A stretch of 64,000 nt of DNA from Camelus dromedarius (lineage: Eukaryota): NCBI RefSeq assembly GCF_036321535.1, contig NC_087437.1, positions 18,974,001 through 19,038,000 of the forward strand, read 5' to 3'. Shown here one piece after another: positions 1 through 12,254 of the stretch. Within the stretch, counting starts at the first letter, position 1. Every line of letters starts with the position of its first letter. The notes beneath the pieces are model-generated. The model made no database searches, was not told the origin of the DNA, and saw only the letters and a program-made list of their open reading frames with translations. The translations under genes and the position numbers were made by a program.

Positions 1-312
1 CGTGTCCGCACTGGAGTTCGACGCCTGAGCCCAGGAGAGCCTCAGGGACCACCAGCGCGAGGGTGCGATCTCTGACAGACACTTACAGCATCGACGTGGT
101 CTTGGGCTCCAGCAGCAAGTCCACGTCGTCCAGAGCCAGATGCAGGGCACAACCGGAGACCAGGACCACGACGGAGGTGAGCGCGCCCAATGGCAGGGCC
201 ACCATCAGCTCGCCCAGGCTGGACACCGCCTCGGACCCGGGGCCGGTGGGCTCCTCCGTTCGGCGGCACTTGGCAGGCTGGGTCCTCCGGCCTGCGCTTC
301 CTGGCTGCCCAC
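1..312 (-). pseudogene. PRR23: PRR23-family pseudogene (copy 1), 3' part beyond the window start
   Basis: Homologous to copies 2-4 (AKCRRTEEPTGPGSEA...LTSVVVLVSGCALHLALDDVDLLLEP). The start ATG is changed to GTG (310-312), ~36 nt encoding PRSPSAYPADGR are deleted, there is a 1-nt deletion near 277, and an in-frame TAA at 83-85 where copy 2 has CAA. Confidence 0.88.
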
Positions 313-720
313 CACCTCGACTGACGGCACGGCGGACTGCTCTCCCGGGATCTGGCAGAGGGCGACGTAGGGCTTGGTCCTGCACGCTGGGACAGCTCTC
401 AAGGACCGGTGCACCCCTTCAGAGGATGCAAGCCCGGGAGGGCAGGGTTGGCTTGGGGCGCAGGATGGCGCGACACGGGGCCAGTCCTCGGAGCTCCGTG
501 GGAGCCTCCCGGGAGTAACGCAGTGCAGACTTCCTATGGAGTAGCATCGGGGCCGCTGTGCTGATCCTCTTGGGTTCGATCTTCAGCTCCTCACGTCGAT
601 CGGTCTGCGAGCCGGATATAATTCACGACTGGGATGTCATGTGACCTGGGGCGGCCGGAATGTCTCAGTGTAAGTCCCGCGTTCCACCAGAAGGGCACTC
701 GGTGCGGTGTAGTAGCACGG
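313..720 (-). promoter_or_regulatory. CpG-rich 5'UTR/promoter region of copy 1
   Basis: GC/CpG-rich and homologous to the upstream regions of copies 2 and 3. It shares the motif ATCTTCAGCTCCTCACG with copies 2 and 4 and has an E-box-like GTCATGTGAC at ~636-645. Confidence 0.55.
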
Positions 721-1959
721 AAGCTTTTTTATTTAGAAAGTATGGGGGAATACTCCTTGGATGCCCATATGGGGCCCAGTGGTCTTTATTAGTTTTATAC
801 TTGGGATAACAGCCAAAATACAACCTCATAAATTGCTTGCTTACTTTTAGAAGTAGCCTATGTCTAATGTCTTCTAGGATTTTCCATGAGGCTATGGGAA
901 GCCTTTATCCCATCAGTAGTCAGTCCTTCCCAAAGCCACTCACATGGTTCTTGAAATTCTTTTCATTCAGGAAACAAATTAGAAATGCAATTTTTCTTTG
1001 ATAAAAAAGCTTTTAAAAATATTCAAGTGAAATGGATTGATTGTAGTTTTTTTTTTTAAATTGTTGGAAGTCAGGCAGTGGTAATTATTAATAACAGTAG
1101 CAAAATTTTATCGTAAAGTTAGCTTTTTGCATTCAAACTTACTATCTGACTTGTGTTATAATGAGTGTTTAAAAAATTAGTGATCCAATTTCAATTTTTT
1201 CCTCATTGTGCAAAACCAGTTGTCCCAATACTTTTATTGAAAAATTATTTCCTTACTGAGTTGCATCTTTTTGTGGGTTACATACTTTTTTTTTCATGCA
1301 TGGATCTGTCTTTGATCTTTCTATTATGTTGCATTTATTTAACTGTCTAACAAGAAGCAATTGCACACAATTGATATTTTTAACACATTAAGTTTGATGC
1401 AAACCATTTAATACATAATAATACAGTGCTAGTTAAATTAGTATATTCTCATAGTGAAGTTTCTTTGGTCAACAGAATCTTTGTTTATGATAATTTTTGA
1501 AAAATGGTTTTATTAAGCAAAGAATTCCAGGTCAAAACAGTTATTTTCTAGCAGTATTGCTGTTATTCCACTGTTCACTGGTTTCCATTGTTAACTTTGG
1601 GAAGTCAGTTGTCTAACTGCCTTTTTATTGTAGTTGTCTTTTCTTTCCACATATCAAAAGTATTCTCTTTGGATTTGGTGTTTTGTGGGCTTATAATAGT
1701 CTGTCTAAATGTATATTTTAAAAATTTATCACTCTTGAAAGTTGTGGTGCTTCCTGAATGAGGACACTATACTATGTCCCAGAACTACATATATTTTTGC
1801 AAATAGACTTCTTTTCCCCTTCTTCAGTGCTGAAAATCTTGCCACTTCTATCTGCCATAGGAACATGAAGACTAATATCATGCCTTTTTTCATTGTAGGA
1901 ACCTGTTCATCCAAAATATCTCAGGTTAAAAATCTTCAAATATGCAATACATGACCTTT

Positions 1960-2480
1960 TTTCACTGCCTCCTATCCTTCTCTACTTGCTATACCTTTTC
2001 ATTCTGCCTTCTGGAACTCACAGTGAATCTCACATCTAAAAAAACTTCCAACTTTCCTGATACTCCCTTTAAATTTCTACTGTAATTGAAACCTGCTTGT
2101 TCTGAGTACCTGTCTTTCCCTGGAGGCTTCTCAAGTGGAGGCTGTTTTCTCTCACACACTCTTAGTACCCATACCTGGAGGTACAGTATATGTTCTTCTA
2201 GCTCTTCATTGATGTTTCCCAGTCATTTCTCCATTCTTCCTGAATTTCAGAGCATCAGAGTATAATCTCACTCTAATCTATCTTGGTGCATTCCTCTACC
2301 CTCTTTCCAACTCCAGGGCTTCTCTTCCTCACTACTTAAATGTTTTTTTATTCTTGGTTTTCTGTCACTCTCCTGTATTGATGCTGTCATAATTCTTGGT
2401 GACTTGAAAATACACTTAGGTAGTTCTTCCAAAACATTGGTATATCTCCATCCTTTACCACTCCTCTGCAGTCTGGATTC
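1960..2480 (+). mobile_element. Ancient LINE-2 fragment
   Basis: Degenerate pyrimidine-rich sequence resembling the L2 endonuclease region; recognised by eye only. Confidence 0.4.
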
Positions 2481-2682
2481 CCTTATCTCACTTCCTAGTA
2501 AACATCTCCATGGGTATGTAATAGGCACTGCAAATGACATACGTTCAAAATTGTACATATGCACCCACCAGTGAAATTACTAACCACATAGGGCAATCCA
2601 GTGTGATTTGTGAAAAACAAATAAGAGAAGATTTTACCTTGAGGAAATGAATTAATGAACCATTAATTAATGTTTAAAATTT

Positions 2683-2830
2683 TCAAAACATAAAGGATGG
2701 GATACCATCCATGAAACAAAAATAGGAGTTTATAATACTAAGTGGGGGAAGTTTTGAAACGAGAATAAGGAAGTAAAATCTTGAAAAAAATCTTTGAAAT
2801 AAAAATGTTCTTGTGGAAGTATAAACACAA
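2683..2830 (+). repeat. Direct repeat unit A (~147 bp), second copy at 4668-4813
   Basis: TCAAAAC(A/G)TAA(A/G)GGATGGGAT...GGAAGTATAAACACAA occurs twice with few differences. Confidence 0.9.
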
Positions 2831-4465
2831 GTTGCATTTCTATACACTAACAATGAAATAGCAGAAAGGGAAATTAAGAAAACGATACCATTTACCATCA
2901 TGCCAAAAAAAATAAAATACCTGGTAATAAACCTACCCAAGGAGGCAAAAGACCTGTATGCCAAAAACTATAACACTGATGAAGGAAATTGAAGACAACA
3001 TAAACAAATGGAAAGATATACTGTGTTCTTGGATTGGAAGAATCAGTATTGTTAAAATGGCCATACTGCCCAAGGCAATTTACAGATTCAATGCAATCCC
3101 TATCAAGTTACCAATGACATTCTTCACAAGCTATAACAAAAAAATGTTAAAAATTTTTATGGAAACACAGAAGAACTCGAATAGCCAAAACACTTTTGAA
3201 AAAGAAGAATAGAGCTGGGGGAATCATGCTCCCTGACTTCACGCTATACTACAAAGCTACAGTAATCAGAACAGTATGGTACTGGTACAAGAACAGACAC
3301 ATAGATCAATGGAACAGGATAGAAAGTCCAGAAATAAACCCACAAACGTATGGTCAATTAATCTATGACAAAGGAGGCAAGAATACACAATGGAGAAAAG
3401 GCAGTCTCTTCAGTAAGTGGTGCTGGGAAAACTGAGCAGCTACCTGTAAAAGACTGAAATTGGAACATTCCCTAACACCATGTACAAAAATAAACTCAAA
3501 ATGGATTAAAGACCTAAATGTAAGACCAGATAATATAAAACTCCTAGAGGAAAACATAGGCAGAACACTTGCGGACATACATTACAGCAATATATTTTTT
3601 GAACCAGCTCCTGGAGTATTGGAATTAAAAGCAAAAATAAACAAATGGGATCTAATTAAACTTAAAAGTTTTTTACAGCTAAGGATACCATCAACAAAAT
3701 GAAAAGACAACTTACAGAATGAGAGAAAATATTTTTAAATGATGTGACTGACAAGGGGCTAATTTCCAAAATATACAAACAGCTCATACATCTTAATATC
3801 AAAGAAACAAGCAACCCAATCCAAAAATGGGCAGAAGATCTTAACATGCAATTCTCCAGTGAAGACATATAAATGGTCAATAGGCACATGAAAAAATGCT
3901 CAGCATTGCTAATTGTCAGAGAAATACAGATCAAAACTACAATGAGATACCACTTCACACCAGCCAGAATGGCCATCATTGAAAAATCTACAAATGATGG
4001 ATGCTGGAGAGGGTGTGGAGAAAAGGGAACCCTCTAACACTGTTGGTGCTAATGTAGATTGGTGCAGCCACTATGGAGGACAGTTAAGGAGGTTCCTTTA
4101 AAAACTGAAAATAGACTTACCACATGATCCAGCAATCCCACTCCTGGGCATATATCCAGAGAAAAATAAAATTCAAAAAGACACATGTATCCCAATGTTC
4201 ATAGCAGCACTATTTATGATAGCCAAGACATGGAAACAACCCAAATGTCCATCAACAGATGACCGGATAAAGATGTGGTATATATATACAATGGAACATT
4301 ACTCAGCCATAAAAAAGAATAAAATAATGCCATTTGCAGCAATATGGATGGACCTGAAGACTGTCATTCAAAGTGAAGTGGGCTGGAAAGAGAAAGAAAA
4401 ATGCCATATGACATCATTTATATGAATAATCTAAAAAATAATAATTAGGATACAAGTGAACTAAT
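2831..4465 (+). mobile_element. LINE-1 fragment, 3' part of ORF2 to the start of the 3'UTR
   Basis: ORF track peptides [56 protein letters not shown] and MFIAALFMIAKTWKQPKCPS are L1 ORF2p; interrupted by stops and frameshifts. Confidence 0.95.
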
Positions 4466-4667
4466 TATTATTTTGATTTCTTGAATATGTGTAAGCACAT
4501 TTGACTGTCCTTTATGATTGGATTACTGCAGTCTGTTGATTCTTATTTTGTGCTTGGCTTTATTCCTTTGATAATTACATAAGTTTAAAAAGCTAAAGAT
4601 CTAATCTGTTCTTAGAAACAATAATTAGTACATATATGAAAACTAAAAAAATGTGCAGTAAAAAAAA

Positions 4668-4813
4668 TCAAAACGTAAGGGATGGGATGCCATCCATGAA
4701 ACAAAAATAGTTTATAATACTAAGTGGGGGAAGTTTTGAAACAAAAATAAGGAAGTAAAATCTTGAAAAAAAATCTTTGAAATAAAAATGTTTCTGTGGA
4801 AGTATAAACACAA
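4668..4813 (+). repeat. Direct repeat unit A, second copy
   Basis: Near-identical to 2683-2830. Confidence 0.9.
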
Positions 4814-5049
4814 TACTGGAAAATTCATGAAAAGATTAGTTAATTGGATTAAAGAATAAAGAAAACTAGAATTGATAAGGCATACATACACAATATTAAG
4901 ATATTAAGAGTCATGGGAGATTGAGTGGTGTCATTATTTATCTGATTGGATTTTTAGACATGGGGGATGTGTGAGTTATTATAAGAGACAGGGCCTAAGA
5001 TTTTGTGGGATTTCAGGCAAGAGATAATTTCCCATATTAAGATAGTTAA

Positions 5050-5900
5050 CCACATTCCATCAAGCCAAATAAAAATAGAATCTACCCCTAGAGGTATTAC
5101 AGTGAAACTGTAGGATGCCAAAGGAAAAGAAACATTAAAAAATATGCTAAAACGAACAGCTGAATGAAATATAAAAAGAGTAACAACTTGATTGGCGGAG
5201 ATTTCTTGCCTACAACAACAACAAAATGGCAGAACAATGGAGTAATATCTTTAAAGTACTTAAATATCATTTTAGAGTTAAGAATGAATATATAATAAAA
5301 CATTTTTAGATATACAAGACTAAGCGTGTACCACACGAAAACATGTTGAGATTTACAAAACCAAGATAGTTTACCACACGTAAGATACAGTCTAAATAAC
5401 TATTAAAGGATATTCTTCAGCAAGAAGAAAACTGAGGCTAGACTTTGACAGTAGAATGTTAAGAATAAAACAGTAGAGAAGCAATGGTAAAGCATGTTGG
5501 TAAATATAATTAGTATTGATGTTTTTTAAAAAATGAAACCATCTTGTTAACTTCAGTTTTACTAATAGATTTTATTTCTTTTATAAAAATGTGAAGCAAA
5601 TATGGTAATAAATTAATTTTTTAAAGGCTAAAAGTTTGATTTACGTAAGAAAAAACTCAGGGTAGAATTTAAGATAAATAATATGGAATAGCAGGAACAC
5701 AAACATTTTACATCATTCTGTGCTTCAAAATCACCAGATGAACAGATTCTAAGAAAAGCATATCCTAGTGCAGGCTGAAAACATCTGATAAAATCCAACA
5801 TTTATTCATAATGAAAAGTGAACTGACTGAAAGAGAACTTCCTCCAGTTCAGAGGAGGAAGCTATGAACAAACATCATACTATTATGTATAGTAAACATA
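5050..5900 (+). mobile_element. Old L1 (ORF1/ORF2-like) remnant
   Basis: A-rich degenerate sequence with L1 ORF1-like motifs (AGAACAATGGAGTAATATCTTTAAAGTACT). Confidence 0.45.
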
Positions 5901-6393
5901 CTATTTTTCAGTTTTCCAGGAGAGCAGCTTGGAGCAGTAAGAAAGAGAAATGCGATGGCTAAAAGTCTTTATAAATTCATGGGAAAACACATAGGAAACT
6001 CACAACGTGATAAATCAAGTGATTTCTTGGTTTGGGGAGAAACAAGGAAGCAACGGTATGGTGCTGGAGAGAGTAGAGTTTGAGAGAAATAACTGATGCA
6101 AAACGCGGGGGAATGGAGAGGCCTGAGGATGATCTTGTAAGTCCAGCCGTCTGAAAACACATTGTCTCGTATGCCTGGGCAGATTTTTCATTTCAGAGAT
6201 GAGGTCTCTAGAATCTGCTTTCTTCTCCTGACCTCTTCTGCTACTATAGACAGTTTGGAGGGAAAAAGGAATTGTTGGCACATGAGGTGCTTCATTTCCA
6301 GGTTGTAGCACATTCAATGTAAAGAAAGCTGGGAAATCCATTGGGCCTGCAGGATGGTAGCCAGAATTGTTTGTGTATGGACTGGGGTGCAGT

Positions 6394-7170
6394 TCATTCC
6401 GGGAACAGGCATTTCCGGGCCTTGCGCGCAGGACCGTGAGGGCGTTGAGGGCGCTCGTGGGGACCTGGACTCGGAGAGGGAGGCAGAGGTTGGAGTGGTG
6501 AGTCCGGGAGGGGCTCCTGAAGGTAGAAGTCCAGGGTGTAGTCGTAGTAAGGAGAGCTTCTCTCTGGACTAGGGTTGGGGGCCTGAGGCGAGGGCTCTGG
6601 AACCAAGACCTCCGAGTTGGGGCCCGACATTTTTCCAGCCGAGGGGCGGAGCCCAACCACTGAGTCGGCTGCAGCATCCATCCCAGCCGACAGGAATTCG
6701 GTGCCCACATCCTCCCGATTGGCCTCTTCTTGGGCGGCGATCTCTGGCACAACTACGCGGAAGAATCCCTGCTCCAGGACGACGGACTCCTCGGGAGCGC
6801 TAAGGAAAGCACCCTGCTCCAGGCCCTGTCCCCACAGGCGTTGGACGCCTGAACCCAGAAGGGCCTCGGGGACCAGCATGAGGGTGCGATCTCCGAGAGA
6901 CACTTGCAGCACCGACGTTGGCTCAGGCTCTAGCACCAGGTCGACGTCGTCCAGGGCCACGTGCAGGGCACAGCCGGCGGCCACGACCACCACTGAGGTG
7001 AACGCGCCCGCCGCCGGGGACCGGGTCAGGTTGTCCAGGCTGGACGCCGCCTCAGACCCGGGGCCGGCAGGCTCCTCCGTTCGGCGGCGCTTGGCAGGGC
7101 CGGGTCCTCCGGCCTGCGCTCCCCGCCCGTCCGCAGGGTAGGCGCTGGGGCTGCGGGGCCGGCTGCCCAT
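6394..7170 (-). CDS. PRR23: Proline-rich protein 23 family member (copy 2), intronless, 258 aa
   Basis: MGSRPRSPSAY...GPGPAKRRRTEEP...TSVVVVAAGCALHVALDDVDLVLEPEPTSVLQVSLG...LQPLPPSPSPGPHERPQRPHGPARKARKCLFPE matches the PRR23A/B/C family. The ATG is in a good Kozak context (GAGGTGATGG) and the ORF is intact. The A/B/C ortholog cannot be assigned. Confidence 0.92.
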   Translation of the reverse strand: MGSRPRSPSAYPADGRGAQAGGPGPAKRRRTEEPAGPGSEAASSLDNLTRSPAAGAFTSVVVVAAGCALHVALDDVDLVLEPEPTSVLQVSLGDRTLMLVPEALLGSGVQRLWGQGLEQGAFLSAPEESVVLEQGFFRVVVPEIAAQEEANREDVGTEFLSAGMDAAADSVVGLRPSAGKMSGPNSEVLVPEPSPQAPNPSPERSSPYYDYTLDFYLQEPLPDSPLQPLPPSPSPGPHERPQRPHGPARKARKCLFPE

Positions 7171-7625
7171 CACCTCGACCGACGGCGCGGCGAACCGCTC
7201 TCCCGGGACCTGGCAGAAGGCGACGAAGAGCTCGGTCCTGCACACTAGGACAGCTCTCGAGGATCCGTGAAGCAAGCCCGGGCAGAGAGGGGTGGGTTGG
7301 CTTGGCGGGGAGGATGGCGCGACGCGGTGCGAGTCCTTGGAGCTCTGGGGGCGCCTTCCGGGAGTCTCGCGGTACAGGCTTCTTGGGGAGCGCGTCTGGC
7401 GCTGGGCTGGGCGTCGCGCGTTCTAATCTTCAACTACTCACGCCGATTCGTACGCGCACCATACGGCCAAAGATGTTGCAAGTGACGCTAGCGTCACGCT
7501 ATACTCCTCTTCCTCCGAGGCTCCGCCCAGTGGAAATCCCAGTATCTGCGCTGCCCAATTGCCAGTGCTGTGGTTGGTAGGTCACAGTAGGGAAATACTT
7601 TTATAGTCCTCTAGGGGGCAGAATA
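7171..7625 (-). promoter_or_regulatory. CpG-island 5'UTR/promoter of copy 2
   Basis: CpG-rich; GC-box-like GCTCCGCCCAG at ~7520, palindrome GTGACGCTAGCGTCAC at 7482-7497, CTCF-like CCTCTAGGGGGCAG at 7608-7621. Confidence 0.55.
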
Positions 7626-8999
7626 CTTGTGTATGTATTTTTAGAGAAACATTCACCTATATTAGAAGTTCAAATATTACTCACCTTTAAGATTAAAGTT
7701 TTCCTTTGATTTCAGGCATTCTAGAGGAAAGACCACTCAAATAGACCACCCCCTCTGGAACATAATACAGACCCACCTAAATGTTTCATGAAATTTCTTT
7801 AATTCTTAGTCTCTCATTTCAGGATTAAATGGAAAATACTCGTATCTCTTTAGGTAAAATTCTGTTTTAATATTAAGTAAAATATTTGTAGCAGTTTCTT
7901 CCTGAGGATTAAGGCTGTTACAAAATTAAAACAATCTTAATATAAGTAAGTTATTCTATTGAGCATTTATTATATGTCTAACAGTCTACTGAGCATTTAA
8001 AAAATGATCATTTTCATAAAAAAAAGCCCAACACTTTATTGAGGTATGATTGATATACAAAAATCTGTGCAAAAAGGCTGTACATATTTACATCTGAAAT
8101 ATGTGCAGTTTACTGTACAGGAACCATACCACAATTTTAAAAAAGCTGTACATATTTAATTTATAGGACTTCAGTTTGGGATAAGTGGACACTTGTGAAA
8201 TAAACCATCACCACAATCAATACCATAAACATATCTATGACCTGCAAAAGTTTCTTCCTGTCCTCCTGGAAAAAACAAAGTGATCTTTTTTAGTCTTCAC
8301 AACACTGACGCTCAGAATGGTCAAGTAAGTTTTCAAAAACTAAATATGTACCTGGTTTATATTAGTTGTGGGCATCAAATGCACATTTATCTAGTTTTAA
8401 GTCATGGATTCTTGACTCACGTTTTTCCTGTACACATGTAGAAGTGGATAGATAATTGTTCCCATGTATGCCTTTAGAAATTAATAGGTAATGCCTCTGT
8501 CTTTTTTTTCCCCGAAGTGTTTTTCACAGTTTACACTCCTGTGAGCAGAGTATGTTTCCATTTCACTATATCCTTGCAAACATTTCTTATTAATAAACTC
8601 TTAACTTTTTTCTGACCTGGTGTAGTAAAATGATGTCTAACTCATTGTGTTTTCATTTTGCATTTCTGATTGTCAATCAAGGTGGATCATTTTTTCATAT
8701 GCTTATTAGCCATTCTTATATCTAATTCTTGACATGTTCCTATCTTCCATTATTTTTACTTTTAAAAAATTAGGTTTCAACTCTTCTTCCCACTTTATGC
8801 AGTACTGGTACATTCTTCTTCACAGACCAACTCGGAGAGCACCTTCTCAAAAAGGCCTTTGCTGACTGTTTTATTTGAAATGACTTTCTTTGCTTTTTGT
8901 CTCTTCACTCTGTTTATGGCCTTCATAGTATTACCACAATCTGTAAATAAACAAAGTATTATTTAAAAAAACTGGGGTTCAGTCATGCTACATACCAGT

Positions 9000-10380
9000 C
9001 ACTTATCAAATTTATGTGTAGCAGTTGTCTCCATCACAGTCTTTGAGAATTTTAGCACCTGATTCACTGTAATTCTCACTCATTCCACCTCTGTTGTAAT
9101 TTGTGGTGGCTTTAATGTTCTCATGGATCCCCCCCGCCCCCAAATCTTGGCCTCTTAATTCTCTTCCCCTTCAACGATTTTGTCCTCCTTCTTATCTCTT
9201 TGACTCATACTCTTGACCTTATCATTATGAACCTGATAGTAGTCATCAGTTAGATTCATTAAACTATAACTTAATTAATAAATAGTAAACTGTAACCTGC
9301 CTTCACTGATCAAGCTCACTTTCTTTTTACAAAAACTTGCATATCTTCCAAGCATCATATAGTCTAAAAACACTGTTACAAGACCCCTTCATCATCCCTA
9401 GAGAGATTACCTCTGAACCTCTGATGTAAGAGTCTTAAGATGTTTGCCCAAGTTGTTTTTCTGGAACTTGGAGTCAGCTGTTATCCAGTATGAACTCTAG
9501 CTGGTTAAGACTGGTTGGGACTATCAGCCCTCCACCTGGGCATGTGAGAGTGTTAGATTGGTGACTTTTTGACATCAGAAGGCTCCAAATTCTACCCTCA
9601 GAACATGCTAATGCTGCCGTTTTCTGAATATGCAACCTATGAAGAAGCATGTAGCTTAGCTGCACCTGCCCAGAACAACGATTACCTTACCTTTTTCTTG
9701 TTTCCTGCCATTTTTTTTCCCGGGCTCCCTACACCTCAGGTCACCCTACTTTATCCCATAAATATCCCAAGCTCCTGGTCTTTGGGGAGGTGGATTTGAG
9801 ATTTGTTCTCCTGTCTCCTCGCGTGAGTGCCTTGTGAACAAACCCTTTCTCTGCTGCAAACTTCAGTGCCTCGGAGTTTGGCTTGTTGCGTGTGGGGCAA
9901 ATAAACCTGGTTCAGTAACAATTACTCAAAATCGTGACCCTTGATAATCACAATTTAAAACATTTATTCCCAGAGCATCACCTCCTAACTTTCTAGGTTA
10001 GTGCTTTAAATATGCAAACTCAATCAGTCCTTTTGCCCCTCTGGAAACATTCATCTGATCATCTTTTCACTGAAACAGAAACTATTAGCTCCTCACTTCC
10101 CTCCTTAACTGGAACTTAAAGTCAATAGATAGTCATTTTTATATTTGTCTTGTTTATATATATATTTTAAATTTATTTTTTGTTGAGTTAACATTGGTTT
10201 ATCACATTATATAAGTTTCATGTAGACAACATTTTATTTCTACTTCTATACATGCTACAGCATGCTCACCACCAAACAGTTTACCGTTTTAAACTGTTTT
10301 GCTCTTTGCTGTATTTCCAGTTTTGGAACATTTTCAGCTATATAGTGGACACTCAAAAATATATATTGAATGAATGATTT
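9000..10380 (+). mobile_element. LINE-2 remnant interrupted by a solo LTR
   Basis: L2-like sequence (CTTGACCTTATCATTA | ATTACTCAAAAT...) is continuous across the LTR, with an L2-like 3' end TTGAATGAATGA at ~10366. Confidence 0.45.
9228..9920 (+). mobile_element. Solo LTR, ERV1/class I-like
   Basis: TG...CA termini, 4-bp TSD ATTA (9224-9227 and 9921-9924), TATA-like CCCATAAATA at ~9757, and the end AATAAACCTGGTTCAGTAACA. Confidence 0.8.
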
Positions 10381-12117
10381 TTTTCTTTGTATGAGCATTT
10401 TCTCTATTTCTGCCCTCTGAAACTTCACTAGTCATGTGTTAGAACTCCTTTCCTCTCATAATTCTTGTTCTCTTTTTATTACTTTTGTACCTGTGCCCTT
10501 TTATGATAAATTACAGGTAGTTTCTAACTCTTCAGCTGTTTTGAATCTGCTTAAATGCATAAATTGTATTTCTTCTAAAGTGTTTGTATAGCATAGCTCT
10601 GAATGTTCATTTTAACCAATTTTTAAAGGAGCAATTATGTCATTTTTGACAGTTTCTTGTTCCTTAGCCTCATTTTGTCTATCTTTCATTTTGCTGATAA
10701 ATTTATACCTTTAAAATATTATGGATCTGATGAATATCTTTATTTTTTGAGGAGCTGATTTTACTGTTCCTCCTTTCACCTGTCTCCCATTTACGTTGGG
10801 TTGTTACCTAAGTCTCTGCTTTGGATTGTGAGATTATGCTCAGTGGAACTTTATTCATAAGAGGACTTTGAAGCCTAGGGATAAGGGGTCTTCTCTCAGA
10901 GAGGACTTGGGTTGCTTTGGGAAGTTCCCGGAAGCATCAAGGAGGGAAGCCTTTCAACTAAATTCTTAGTCTCTCCCTCTCCCTTTTGTCCCTCCGGGCT
11001 ATTGCCTTCCTTCACCTCTACCTCTCTTCCCTTCCCTTTTCCTTCGTCCATGTCTCCTTCCTCTCTTCCTGCTTTCTTCTTTCATACAGACAGAGCGAGT
11101 TCTAGACCAGAGTCCCATGAGGGCCACCCTTGGTTTACACCTCTGTTTGCCTGAGTGGCTTACTTGGTCGAGTGACCAAGATCCTCATTCCTGAGGGGAA
11201 TGGGCTCCTGGTAAACAGGGGATTATCCAGGTGCTAAATATGTAGTTCCCTGCCCTAGCTGAAATTCGTAGAGGAGCTGTAATTTCCCCCTTCCTTCAGA
11301 GACCAGGTTGATGTAGGCAGGATTTCGTACCATTTTCCTCTGAAAATTGGGTTCTTTTCCTTCACCTACTGGTGGAGGCATATTTGGGGGTCTGAGTTCA
11401 GGAGTTCTCCCATGCAATTTCCCATCCTGTGTGTACACTTATGTTTGCCTCCTGATCCCCATGTTTGGTTCATGAAACCAAAGCTCAAGGCCACCAAGGA
11501 TTTCTGACCATTGTGGTCTCTCAGTATTTCCTTTATTTGCCAGATATTTGGTGATTTTAAAGAATATTTAGGAAGTGTATCTGGCACTTTTACACTTGAG
11601 GATTTTTTAGCCATCCTAGTTCAAAACGAAAGTCTTCAGTTATTTCTTTATGCATAGAGTGTGATACTTTGGAGAAACAGAAGTCACTATTTGCAGAAAA
11701 TAAAATCATCATCCTGGGCTGGGACTTGAGGCTAATCAGCTGCTGATTCCTTATTCTGAGCCATATGGGAGGGAACATGGGGTAGGGTCAGTATGTATGT
11801 GTGTGTGAGTGTATGTGTGAGAGTGTGTGAGATTGTTCAAGAGTGTGAATTTTGGTCAAGCTGTAGTCAGTATGGGGAGAGAGTACTCTCTGTTTCCTTC
11901 ATACAGTTAATATTGACAGGAATAATACTAAACATAGATGTCAGCTCTCAAAATAGCTAAACAACTTCACAATGTCCAAAATGTAGTAGAAACTCAAACT
12001 TTAAGTGCACAGGTGATGCTGAGGTTCACTCAAGGAACTGAATCTCAAAACATGTAGTGACAGCTGGGATTTCAGCTCCTTTGAGAGGGCTGAAATTCTG
12101 CCCCACGCCCTGCCTGT

Positions 12118-12254
12118 CCGTCATTGATCAAGTCCTGACCATTTGGGACTGGATACTGTGGAGCTTGTGGTTTGACTTCCAGGGCTGGTTGCTGCAGAGG
12201 CTGTGGGTCAGTGTTGTATTATATGTGTCTGGTCATTGTATATTCAGTCTCTCA
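12118..12254 (-). mobile_element. Partial 3' LTR of a decayed ERV (same family as 43077-43598)
   Basis: Begins TGAGAGACTGAATATACAA like the LTR at 43598, directly after the polypurine tract AAAAGGGGGTGGATGGAGAGG. Confidence 0.75.

Noticed and set aside
6015..7141. Long overlapping or antisense ORFs at PRR23 copy 2 (6015-6752, 6617-7141) and similar ones at the other copies
   Set aside because: Expected shadow frames of GC-rich coding DNA; not consistently conserved in extent among paralogs.
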